A stretch of 64,000 nucleotides of DNA from Dethiobacter sp. (lineage in GTDB: Bacteria; Bacillota; Dethiobacteria; DTU022; UBA8154). The notes beneath the pieces were generated by a model that did no database searches, was not told where the DNA came from, and worked only from the letters and a program-made list of their open reading frames with translations. The stretch spans positions 5,398 through 69,397 of the forward strand of contig DYEO01000033.1 of assembly GCA_020725665.1 (NCBI GenBank), given 5' to 3'. Of the stretch, positions 27,642 to 35,447 are shown piece after piece (within the stretch, counting starts at the first letter, position 1; every line of letters begins with the position of its first letter). A program made the translations under genes and the position numbers.

Positions 27642-28353
27642 CCAACAACACGTCCTTTAGTCTTTTATGGCGGGCAACGTAATAACGGTACCGCCCCTCC
27701 CTTTCCCCGCTTCCTGCTTTTTGCAGGCCCTCCAGTATACGTTCACAGCGTCTAATTTTTTGCTGCAACCAAGGCACGAGGAGAGGATCCCGGGAAACAA
27801 GAAGAGCCGGACCCAGCTCATAATAAAACGGGTCGGCCACATGCATGCGTCCCCTTTCTGCAGCAATGATCTCATAAAAATGTCCTTTCTCTCTGGCCAG
27901 CCGCTCCGCCGTAAGGGCAAAACCGCGGGCGACCAGCCAGCGCCGCAGCAGGGGTGCATCGCCCATGGGCTGCAGGACAAGACGCCTGTAGCGCTCCAGG
28001 GAATTTCCGGCAGCCATGAGCAGGCGGCAGATCGTTTTACCTCCCAGCCCCGCAATCACAATAACTGCCACCCCGTCCTCCTCCCGCAGAGCCGGCAGAC
28101 CGTCAGCACATCGCACCTCTATTTTATGTTCCAAGTTAAAGAGAGATACAACCTCCCGGGCCCGATCACAGTTTTTTTGCGATTTTTCCACGGCGAGAAT
28201 ACGGGGACAGGCTTTTTGCGTAACCAGGTAAAGGGGCAGGTAGGCATGATCCGTGCCGATATCGGCTACAACCGTACCCTCAGGAATAAATGAAGCTACT
28301 GCGGCAAGGCGATAGCCCGGCCTAAAAGGAGCTTTGGCTGTTTTTGCAGGCAC
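27622..28353 (-). CDS. trmK: tRNA (adenine22-N1)-methyltransferase TrmK
   Basis: It carries the ADIGTDHAYLPLYL motif and lies next to nif3, in yqfN-yqfO order. I place the start at the GTG at 28353, 8 nt after the ggagagg SD. The longer track ORF reads through a heptamer repeat. Confidence 0.8.
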   Translation of the reverse strand: MPAKTAKAPFRPGYRLAAVASFIPEGTVVADIGTDHAYLPLYLVTQKACPRILAVEKSQKNCDRAREVVSLFNLEHKIEVRCADGLPALREEDGVAVIVIAGLGGKTICRLLMAAGNSLERYRRLVLQPMGDAPLLRRWLVARGFALTAERLAREKGHFYEIIAAERGRMHVADPFYYELGPALLVSRDPLLVPWLQQKIRRCERILEGLQKAGSGEREGRYRYYVARHKRLKDVLLDVCYGK

Positions 28354-28377
28354 AGATGTCACCTCTCCTGAAAATGC

Positions 28378-28405
28378 GGAAGTTGGAAGTTGGAAGTTGG
28401 AAGTT
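28378..28405 (+). repeat. four perfect tandem heptamers (GGAAGTT)4 followed by agagtgccgg
   Basis: Read directly from the sequence. It lies about 25 nt upstream of the trmK start. On the mRNA strand the units read AACUUCC. Confidence 0.9.
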
Positions 28406-28481
28406 AGAGTGCCGGATAAAACAATTTTAAACGGGATTTGCAGCACATATCCCTGCTTCCGGCATTCCAACATCCGAGTTT

Positions 28482-30272
28482 TTATTCCCGATTACCTGCA
28501 TCTTGATCCGTCCTGCCGGAAACAAGGCCGTATTTATGCATCTTGTTGAGAATGGTCGGGTGAGTGACCCCCAGGGCCCGTGCCACTTTGCGCGTGCTCC
28601 CACACTGCTGCAGGGCACGGCGCAGTAATTTTTTTTCCAGCATCTCCCGCGCCTCCTGCAAGGGAAGGAGATCGTTAATGCGGAGCAGCAGCTTTTCCCC
28701 GGTAGCAACATCTTCTTTTTCCATCAGCTTGGTAACCTCCCGGAAGGAAACAACATCTTCCCGGACTACCACTACAAGTCGTTCGATCAGGTTTTCCAGC
28801 TCCCGCACGTTGCCCGGCCAGGTGTAGGATTCAAGAACATGGTAAGCCTCCGGCTCCAGGCGCCGGTTTTTCTGGTAACGGGAATTGAATTTTTCCAGAA
28901 AATAAATGGCCAGGGGCATGATGTCTTCCCGTCGCTCCCGCAGGGGAGGAACTTCAATGGAGACGACATTGAGCCGGTAAAACAGGTCGGCACGGAACTG
29001 CTGTGCCTCCACCAGTTTCTTTAAGTCCTTGTTAGTGGAGGCAATGATGCGCACATCAATCTTGCGGGGACTGGCATCCCCAATACGGAAAATCTCCTGT
29101 TCCTGGATTACCCGGAGCAGTTTAACCTGCAGTCCCAAGGGCATTTCGCCAATTTCATCCAGAAGGACCGATCCCTTGTTGCAGTACTCAAATATTCCCA
29201 CCTTGCCCCCCCTGCGTGCCCCGGTAAAAGCACCATCCATGTAGCCAAAAAGTTCCGATTCAAGTAGATTTTCCGGGATCGCTCCGCAGTTAATCTTGAT
29301 AAAGGGGCCGTCAGTGCGGAAGCTTGTCTTGTGAATAATCTTGGCAATGATCTCTTTGCCCACACCCGTTTCGCCTGTAATCAAAACGTTTGAGTCAACC
29401 AGGGCTACGCGTTGGGCCAACTCCAGTACCTTGTGCATCTCCGGACTCTGGGCCACAATGTGATCATGAGCCAGTTGGCGGGCGCGCAAATCCTGCAGCT
29501 CGGAACAAAAGCGCTCCTTGAAGCTGCGGTAATCTTCGGCCTGTGCTTTGAGATTGTTCAGTTCCGTCATATCCCTGATATTACAGATAACTTTTAAGAC
29601 ATTGCCGTTTTCGTCAAAGACAGGGTTGCCGGTGATTAACACTTCCTTGCCTGTTTTGATTTTCTGCTTAATCGTCACGGGTTTTTTCTCCTGAAATACC
29701 ATCAGCCCCACCGCAGGATAGACATGCCGCTTCTTCTCCAGTTCACGGATATTTTGACCCACCCCTGAATCCTCAAGAGTTAATCCGCTAATCTGACGAT
29801 AAGCCTTGTTAACCCGCAGCAGTGTACCGTCAGCATCGATGATGCCAATGCCGTCAAATGAGGATTCGATAATGGCCTCCAGTTCCGTGTTTAGATCTTT
29901 TTCCTTCTGCAACTCCCGGCGCAGCGTATAGAGCTCCGATACATCCTGGAAAACCCCCACCGCTCCCACGATCTTGCCCTCACGTATGATGGGTGAACGA
30001 TTGGAGATAACCGTTACATTACCAACTTTCACGATTTTAGCAGATTCGGGACGACCGGTGCGCAGGACATCGGGTAAGCCGGAATTGGGGATGATCTGGG
30101 AAATGGGCAGGCCCAGAATCTCGTCTCTCTTGATCGAGAGGATTTTCTCCGCTGCCTTGTTGATCAGAACTACTTTCCCTTCCCTGTTTACGGTAACAAT
30201 ACCGTTATACGCCGCGTTGACGATCTCCGCCAATTCATCCTGCTGCAACAGGGGCCATTCTTTTACAGTCAC
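28482..30272 (-). CDS. sigma-54-dependent transcriptional activator (PAS-PAS-AAA+-HTH)
   Basis: 596-aa ORF with GETGVGKE Walker A, ESELFGY, GAFTGA, a C-terminal Fis-type HTH and two PAS-like N-terminal modules. Confidence 0.9.
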   Translation of the reverse strand: MTVKEWPLLQQDELAEIVNAAYNGIVTVNREGKVVLINKAAEKILSIKRDEILGLPISQIIPNSGLPDVLRTGRPESAKIVKVGNVTVISNRSPIIREGKIVGAVGVFQDVSELYTLRRELQKEKDLNTELEAIIESSFDGIGIIDADGTLLRVNKAYRQISGLTLEDSGVGQNIRELEKKRHVYPAVGLMVFQEKKPVTIKQKIKTGKEVLITGNPVFDENGNVLKVICNIRDMTELNNLKAQAEDYRSFKERFCSELQDLRARQLAHDHIVAQSPEMHKVLELAQRVALVDSNVLITGETGVGKEIIAKIIHKTSFRTDGPFIKINCGAIPENLLESELFGYMDGAFTGARRGGKVGIFEYCNKGSVLLDEIGEMPLGLQVKLLRVIQEQEIFRIGDASPRKIDVRIIASTNKDLKKLVEAQQFRADLFYRLNVVSIEVPPLRERREDIMPLAIYFLEKFNSRYQKNRRLEPEAYHVLESYTWPGNVRELENLIERLVVVVREDVVSFREVTKLMEKEDVATGEKLLLRINDLLPLQEAREMLEKKLLRRALQQCGSTRKVARALGVTHPTILNKMHKYGLVSGRTDQDAGNRE

Positions 30273-30391
30273 ACCGTATCACCCCCATTCCTCGTGCAAG
30301 ATATCGTTTATGCAAAAAATATAAATGCGCGACAAGCAAACCCTTGCCAGTAATCATTATAAAGTTTCTTCTTAAAATAATCAATCAGGCA

Positions 30392-30409
30392 TGGTAATAT
30401 ATTTTACCA
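30392..30409. promoter_or_regulatory. palindromic GGTAw-N6-wTACC site (candidate activator binding site)
   Basis: tGGTAATATATTTTACCa, located about 120 nt upstream of the activator start codon. Confidence 0.45.
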
Positions 30410-30467
30410 GTTTCCGGGCATCTATTTCAAAAAATCAGAAAAAAATAACCATATTGGCTGATTAGCC

Positions 30468-30562
30468 CCCAAAAAGCCTGTTTTCGTAATACTCGCCTTT
30501 AACGAAGTGGCTATTACAGTGACTTTTCCGAGGTCACTTTTCGCCAAACTAGGCTTTTTGGG
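30468..30562. repeat. 95-bp element bounded by perfect 12-bp inverted repeats (MITE-like or structured RNA)
   Basis: cccaaaaagcct ... aggctttttggg encloses nested hairpins (gtaata/tattac; gtgac-ttttccgag-gtcac-tttt). attggct(g/a)a direct repeats lie just outside. Confidence 0.5.
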
Positions 30563-30606
30563 ATTGAATCATTGGCTAAATATGGTATAGAGAAAAGGTT
30601 CCATAC

Positions 30607-30646
30607 TGGTATAATATTTTACCTTGGGTGGTATAAATATTTACCA
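30607..30646. promoter_or_regulatory. two tandem GGTAw-N6-wTACC palindromes, 22 nt centre to centre
   Basis: tGGTATAATATTTTACCt and tGGTATAAATATTTACCa. The pair ends 10 nt before the stop codon of the KPR-family gene. Confidence 0.45.
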
Positions 30647-30655
30647 CAGCAGAAA

Positions 30656-31585
30656 TTATTTACGATGATGGTAAGTACTCTCCAGCGTTTTAATTAACGT
30701 CACCGCTGTTTCATTTACCGGAGTGGGAATCCCCTGTTTTTTCCCTTCTCTGACCACGGCGCCGTTTAAGAAATCTATCTCCGTCTGGCGCTTATGACGA
30801 ATATCAATAACCATGGAGGGATAATGGGCCCGGGCTTCCTCACCCACCTCCATGAGATGCTCCCAGGCACGGTAATAAGGAAGATTGAACCCGGCGGCAC
30901 TGGCTACGGCGGATATTTCTTCCGTTGTAGCCACTAGCAGGCTCCGTGAAGCGTAACAGTCAATAAGTTGCCCAACAGAAAGCCCCAGCAGTGCGCAATA
31001 AGTGTTATAATTGCAATTTACCACGAGTTTTTCCCAGATATGCTGCTTAACATTTTCCGTAACAACCGTGCATAAACCGGCTTTATTAAAAACATCACTC
31101 ACGCACTGGGCGTCTTCCCAGCGTTCTCCGGCCGGCTGGATAGTGGTCTCACCCTCCCCCGCGAAACTCATGAAAATCTTGCCCGGGCCCTCGAGGTCGC
31201 TGGTCAGGGTGGTCATGCCGAAGAGGATATGCTTCCTGTCAATAAATTTTTCAATGATCTCCACATTCCCCAGTCCGTTTTGCAGGGTCAGAACCGCTGT
31301 GTTCTCATCGATTATATCGAGCACACTCTGCATCGCTTCTTCTGTATGAAACCCTTTGACAAAGAGGATAATCAGGTCAACCCGCCCGGCTTCCGAGGCC
31401 TTTGTGGTTGCCCGGGGGGTAACAACAAAGTCCCCTTTATCCCCACACATTTTTAAACCCCGTTCTTTTATGGCATTTATATGCTCTTGCCAAACGTCAA
31501 CAAACCAGACTTCGTTTCCGCTTTTGCACAGCAGGCCGCCAAAAAGGGAACCCATGGCGCCGGCCCCGATAATCGCTATTTTCAT
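30656..31585 (-). CDS. 2-dehydropantoate 2-reductase family (KPR/ApbA) NAD(P)H oxidoreductase
   Basis: 309-aa ORF. It has an MKIAIIGAGAMGSLFG Rossmann N-terminus and a KPR-like C-terminal domain. The physiological substrate is not inferable. Confidence 0.75.
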   Translation of the reverse strand: MKIAIIGAGAMGSLFGGLLCKSGNEVWFVDVWQEHINAIKERGLKMCGDKGDFVVTPRATTKASEAGRVDLIILFVKGFHTEEAMQSVLDIIDENTAVLTLQNGLGNVEIIEKFIDRKHILFGMTTLTSDLEGPGKIFMSFAGEGETTIQPAGERWEDAQCVSDVFNKAGLCTVVTENVKQHIWEKLVVNCNYNTYCALLGLSVGQLIDCYASRSLLVATTEEISAVASAAGFNLPYYRAWEHLMEVGEEARAHYPSMVIDIRHKRQTEIDFLNGAVVREGKKQGIPTPVNETAVTLIKTLESTYHHRK

Positions 31586-31669
31586 CTTTTATCCTCCTGC
31601 CATAGCTTTAAACTTGTACAACTGACACACCCTGTCCTTATGGCCTTCAATATCATGTTCAGCCAACAA

Positions 31670-31754
31670 CCACAAAACATTTCCCCGGGGTGAAGGCATC
31701 CAGTGGTTCCAGCCCTTCAACCCGGGGAAAAAGCAAACGGGGGTTGTTTTGTGG
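31670..31754. repeat. 85-nt extended imperfect palindrome between two cistrons of the sigma-54 operon
   Basis: The outer stem is ccacaaaaca/tgttttgtgg. The inner stem is ccccggggtgaagg/ccttcaacccgggg. Confidence 0.55.
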
Positions 31755-31771
31755 GAAATATATTTTAATTT

Positions 31772-33040
31772 TCAGGTGGACATAAGAGCCCCGTCTGCAT
31801 TAAAACTCATTTCAGTTGCTTCTCCACATATCTCAACATTTTGCAACTCCTGAGCCTGCTGCCGTAAAGACTCGGAGATCCTGATATTCGTCAAAGAAAG
31901 GGTATTTTTTATGTGAATTACCCTCGCTTGGAGAGGTTTTACCCGGGCGCAGGTGTTCAAAGCCACGGCGATGGCATCCCTGTCCGTGGGCATCACCAGG
32001 GGCATCTTGGCCAGGTGTATCACCGTGTTGGTTATGGCATTGGTGTATGTGTCCTCGAAGCTGACCATATCGGCCAGGCGCTGCGTCGTTATATCAGCAA
32101 GCCCAATGCCGAAAGCATTGCCCTTGGTTTTTTTGGTCAGAGAAAGGACGACAATGCGCTGCGGTTCCGAGCCTTCCTCTCCCCGCCTGGGCAAACCACG
32201 GCGAATCACGTTGGGATCAATGCCATCACCGCTGATATCCTTTCCCATTTCATCGATGATCAGTAAATCAAACTGAGGAAAAAGTATCTTCATCATTAAT
32301 GCCGTTGCTTCTTTGAGCAAGTCTTTTTCCCTTGCGATCATCTGTTCCGCTTCAACGGCAACCAGCCTGGCCACTTCATCACGAGCATTTTCCAGCACAG
32401 CCACCCCAAATTTAACCGGTGAATTGCGGAGAATCACGGCACCCGCTTCGGGGATAATCCGGTCAAACAGATCCATGCCCTGGGAGTGGAGCGTGGTGGT
32501 TCCTTTGTGCTTTCCCAGACCGATACAGAGCATCTTCACCAAACCGCTCTCAACTTCGCCGCGAAAATCGGTATGCAGCTTAATTCTGTTCACCGGTATA
32601 ACCACGTCAGCCTGGTACGCCGTTTTATCAAAGAAGACAGGCACGCCGGAAGCAAGGCTTCCGACCTGGCAGACATCCATGGAGGAGACTACCGGGGCTC
32701 CCACCCCTTCCTCCGTGATCCCGTACAGGGCCAAAACCGCTTCCTGCCCTTCCGCCGTGGCTCCGCCATGGCTGCCCATGGCGGGAACAATGAAAGGCTG
32801 CGCCCCCCTGCCTTTTACCCAATGCACCAGTGTCCTCACAATTAATTGGAGGTCGGCAATCCCCCTGCTGCCTACAGCAATGGCCACCCTGTCTCCCGTA
32901 CAAACACGGGAGCGGATGGATTCCCTTTGCAACTCCATCAACAGAGTACGCTCAAGGTTTTGCACACGGGGGTTATCAAAATGCTGATTTACCCGAAGCA
33001 TTTTGGGAAATTCATAAACCAAAAACTTTTGCCAATTCAT
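31772..33040 (-). CDS. LarA N-terminal-like (DUF2088) domain protein of unknown function
   Basis: 422-aa ORF. The blocks RVAIAVGSRGI, PAMGSHGGATAEGQ and RIKLHTDF..ESGL.KM..IGLGKHKG parallel the LarA_N layout. The lactate racemase DHTRP motif is absent. The family call is from memory. Confidence 0.45.
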   Translation of the reverse strand: MNWQKFLVYEFPKMLRVNQHFDNPRVQNLERTLLMELQRESIRSRVCTGDRVAIAVGSRGIADLQLIVRTLVHWVKGRGAQPFIVPAMGSHGGATAEGQEAVLALYGITEEGVGAPVVSSMDVCQVGSLASGVPVFFDKTAYQADVVIPVNRIKLHTDFRGEVESGLVKMLCIGLGKHKGTTTLHSQGMDLFDRIIPEAGAVILRNSPVKFGVAVLENARDEVARLVAVEAEQMIAREKDLLKEATALMMKILFPQFDLLIIDEMGKDISGDGIDPNVIRRGLPRRGEEGSEPQRIVVLSLTKKTKGNAFGIGLADITTQRLADMVSFEDTYTNAITNTVIHLAKMPLVMPTDRDAIAVALNTCARVKPLQARVIHIKNTLSLTNIRISESLRQQAQELQNVEICGEATEMSFNADGALMST

Positions 33041-33048
33041 TGTTTACC

Positions 33049-34521
33049 TTAGCCTTTCGCCACGGCATCCTGCATAGTGTTTTTCTCAATCCCCTGCGTA
33101 GCAAGACTGACGATAAGCATAACCACTGCACCGGTAATTGTTGCGTAAGTGCCACAGATAAACGAGTTCGGGATAATTTTGCCGAAGAACAGGTACATGT
33201 GGACAGCGGGCCCGACGATCATGGCCGCAATGGCACCGTATTTATTGGCTCCTTTCCAGTACATGCCCCAAAGCATCGGTCCTACACACCCGGCGAGAAA
33301 ACCAAAGACGCCGAAAGCAGAAAGAATAGCCAGTAAAGCAGGCGGTTTCATTGCATAAAAAGCGCCAAAAGCGCAGGCAAAGATAATGACAATCCGGCCG
33401 ATAAGGAATGATGTACGTTCTGTTTTTTCGGCAGGCATGTTGGTGCGTTTGGCGATAATGCGTCTAAAAACGTCATTACCCGCAACCGTACCCATGGAGA
33501 CAAGAATGGAATCCAGGGTGGAGGTTCCGGCGGAAATAAGGCCCAGCCCTAAAATCGCAGCGAGTATACCAGGGAAATAAGTGGTAATCAACTCGAGCGT
33601 TGCCCTGTCGGGATATTGTAATCCGGGCAGCAACACCCTGGCATAGAGGCCGCCAAAAACGGAGAGGGAAAGGATAAATACTGTAATGCCGGCGGTAAAA
33701 ATCATCTTTTTAAAGTCCTTTGCCTCCTGGAGCATAAGAAACTTGTTTGCCATGTGGGGTGATAAGAGCATGACAAACTGGTAGAAGCTAAATCCAAAAA
33801 TCGCCAGGGGGCCGGCAAAAATCATAAATCCCGGATTAAATGGTTTCAATAGAGCGGGATTCTGTTGGAAAAGCCCAAGATTAATCTCACCAATACTGTT
33901 GAAGAAAACGAAACCGAGAGAAGCAATAATAACGGCCAGCAGGCACATGATCACCGTCTGTAAAACGTCCGTTTTGATCACGGCATAGTTGCCGCCAAAG
34001 AAGCTGTAGAGGGCAGCGATGATAGCAGCAATGATAATACCCGTCTGGTAGTCCATTCCCATGATAATATGAAAGATATGGCCGAACCCCGCAAGGATGC
34101 TGATGACAAAGAAGAGGTTAAAGAAATAAATGAGGCTGGCCAATCCCCTTACCACATCACTTCCAAAACGATGGCCCATCCAGTCAGGTACCTGTAAAGA
34201 GCCAAGTTTCAGGCCGATTTCCCGGAAATATTTACCAGCAATAACAATGCCAAATGCATGAACCAGGGGAACCATCATCAGCCACCACAGGCCTGATAGT
34301 CCACCAAGGTATACAAATCCTGCCACCCCCATAAATGTGGCCACACTTGCCTGTGTCGCCGCAATGGACATCCCTAACTGGTAAGGGCCTATTCTAGCCG
34401 TTGTCCTGGGAACGGAAAATTCATCAAAGTTCGGAGATAATGTATAACCTTTATAACCAATGTAAATTACGCCTATTGTCCATAATGTAAATAATAACCA
34501 AAACCATGCCGAAGAGTCCAT
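33049..34521 (-). CDS. sodium:solute symporter family transporter
   Basis: About 490 aa and polytopic, of SSS type. I place the start at the ATG (MDSSAWFW) after aaggag. The track start would overlap the upstream small ORF. Confidence 0.8.
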   Translation of the reverse strand: MDSSAWFWLLFTLWTIGVIYIGYKGYTLSPNFDEFSVPRTTARIGPYQLGMSIAATQASVATFMGVAGFVYLGGLSGLWWLMMVPLVHAFGIVIAGKYFREIGLKLGSLQVPDWMGHRFGSDVVRGLASLIYFFNLFFVISILAGFGHIFHIIMGMDYQTGIIIAAIIAALYSFFGGNYAVIKTDVLQTVIMCLLAVIIASLGFVFFNSIGEINLGLFQQNPALLKPFNPGFMIFAGPLAIFGFSFYQFVMLLSPHMANKFLMLQEAKDFKKMIFTAGITVFILSLSVFGGLYARVLLPGLQYPDRATLELITTYFPGILAAILGLGLISAGTSTLDSILVSMGTVAGNDVFRRIIAKRTNMPAEKTERTSFLIGRIVIIFACAFGAFYAMKPPALLAILSAFGVFGFLAGCVGPMLWGMYWKGANKYGAIAAMIVGPAVHMYLFFGKIIPNSFICGTYATITGAVVMLIVSLATQGIEKNTMQDAVAKG

Positions 34522-34561
34522 TTGTTTATACACTCCTTTTTCAATTTTGTTTGCAACAGTT

Positions 34562-34651
34562 TTAATAGGTTTTTTGAACAACCAGATACAAAATTACCCA
34601 TGTAACAACAATCCAAAGGGGAGCAAACCACCACATAATAGTATTAGCCAT
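34562..34651 (-). CDS. 29-aa single-TM small protein (symporter small accessory protein-like)
   Basis: It is below the ORF-track cutoff. ggaggtgatgat precedes the ATG. The product is MANTIMWWFAPLWIVVTWVILYLVVQKTY, encoded directly upstream of the SSS gene. Confidence 0.45.
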   Translation of the reverse strand: MANTIMWWFAPLWIVVTWVILYLVVQKTY

Positions 34652-34698
34652 ATCATCACCTCCTTTGCAAGTTACTCAATTACTCCTAAATGTTATAT

Positions 34699-34716
34699 AT
34701 GCAAAGAATATGCCAA
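34699..34716 (-). promoter_or_regulatory. sigma-54 promoter P1 (-24/-12)
   Basis: The minus strand reads TTGGCATATTCTTTGCAT, an exact TGGCA-N6-TTGCA match with 10 nt between GG and GC. It lies about 50 nt upstream of the small ORF/symporter operon. Confidence 0.65.
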
Positions 34717-34892
34717 GTCTAATACCAATTTTTAATATATCTGTATGAAAAATGGAATAAAATGCTATACCTCAATCTTACACAATAATTCTTATTTCGC
34801 CATTATACTTCCTTATTCCATATCTCTATTTAGTAACAACCATCCTCCCCCATAAATAATTGTATATGTCTAAGCATTACTAAAAAATATAT

Positions 34893-34910
34893 CTGCAATA
34901 ATTATGCCAA
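34893..34910 (-). promoter_or_regulatory. sigma-54 promoter P2, a duplicate about 190 nt upstream of P1
   Basis: The minus strand reads TTGGCATAATTATTGCAG with the same exact spacing. The downstream flank (atata..tttag..taat) resembles that of P1. Confidence 0.5.
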
Positions 34911-34975
34911 TATTTAGTTTGGTACAAAAAACCTTAAAAGTGTGGCTTTAACTGATACATATAGAAAATGTTTAG

Positions 34976-34993
34976 TGGTAAGATAAATTACCA
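34976..34993. promoter_or_regulatory. GGTAw-N6-wTACC palindrome (candidate UAS)
   Basis: tGGTAAGATAAATTACCa, about 83 nt upstream of P2. Confidence 0.45.
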
Positions 34994-35075
34994 TTTTAGT
35001 TTACAGGCCACTGCAAAACGGTTAAAATATGCGAACTGAACAGCGATCAAGAGATACACTACAGCTCCCGCAAAG

Positions 35076-35116
35076 CGGTAATATTGTTTACCATACTGCG
35101 GTAAGGGGAAATACCA
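35076..35116. promoter_or_regulatory. two tandem GGTAw-N6-wTACC palindromes (candidate UAS pair)
   Basis: cGGTAATATTGTTTACCa and cGGTAAGGGGAAATACCa, 23 nt centre to centre. They lie between the divergent sigma-54 promoters. Confidence 0.45.
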
Positions 35117-35208
35117 GCATCATCTTTCCCATACCACTGTTGCAGTGGTACCATCAGAAATGATCGGAACCACAGCTGGCGGGAGATGCCTGAGGGGCCT
35201 TCCTTTTA

Positions 35209-35231
35209 GATGTCGGATGTCGGAGTGCCGG
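35209..35231 (+). repeat. (GATGTCG)2 followed by GAGTGCCGG
   Basis: Read directly from the sequence. The same terminal motif (gagtgccgg) follows the GGAAGTT array at 28406-28415. Confidence 0.7.
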
Positions 35232-35369
35232 CGAGCCGGGAAACAACATCCACCGTTATTTTTTTTAATGAATGCCAGCATGCTAATACAGTGGCATAAG
35301 CAAAAGGACGAAATTCAATGATACAACAAGAGTTCTTCTTTTTTGGTTTCTCATGTGGCACACTGACCT

Positions 35370-35399
35370 GGCGGGCAATTAAGACCCGCCCCTTGTACA
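35370..35399 (+). repeat. REP-like GC-rich hairpin copy
   Basis: ggcgggcaattaagacccgccccttgtaca, compared with gggcgggcacggagacccgcccctaca at 45097-45123. Confidence 0.55.
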
Positions 35400-35431
35400 T
35401 TTGACTTCCGTATTTATGCCATAAGGCAAGA

Positions 35432-35447
35432 TGGCAAGATAATTGCA
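35432..35447 (+). promoter_or_regulatory. sigma-54 promoter P3 for the oxidoreductase operon
   Basis: TGGCAAGATAATTGCA with exact -24/-12 spacing, 90 nt upstream of the TTG start at 35537. Confidence 0.6.

Noticed and set aside
30336-30350. Sigma-54-like sequence cTGGCAAGGGTTTGC (minus strand) upstream of the activator gene
   Set aside because: It has the same one-nucleotide spacing defect (9 instead of 10 nt) and no TTGCW core.
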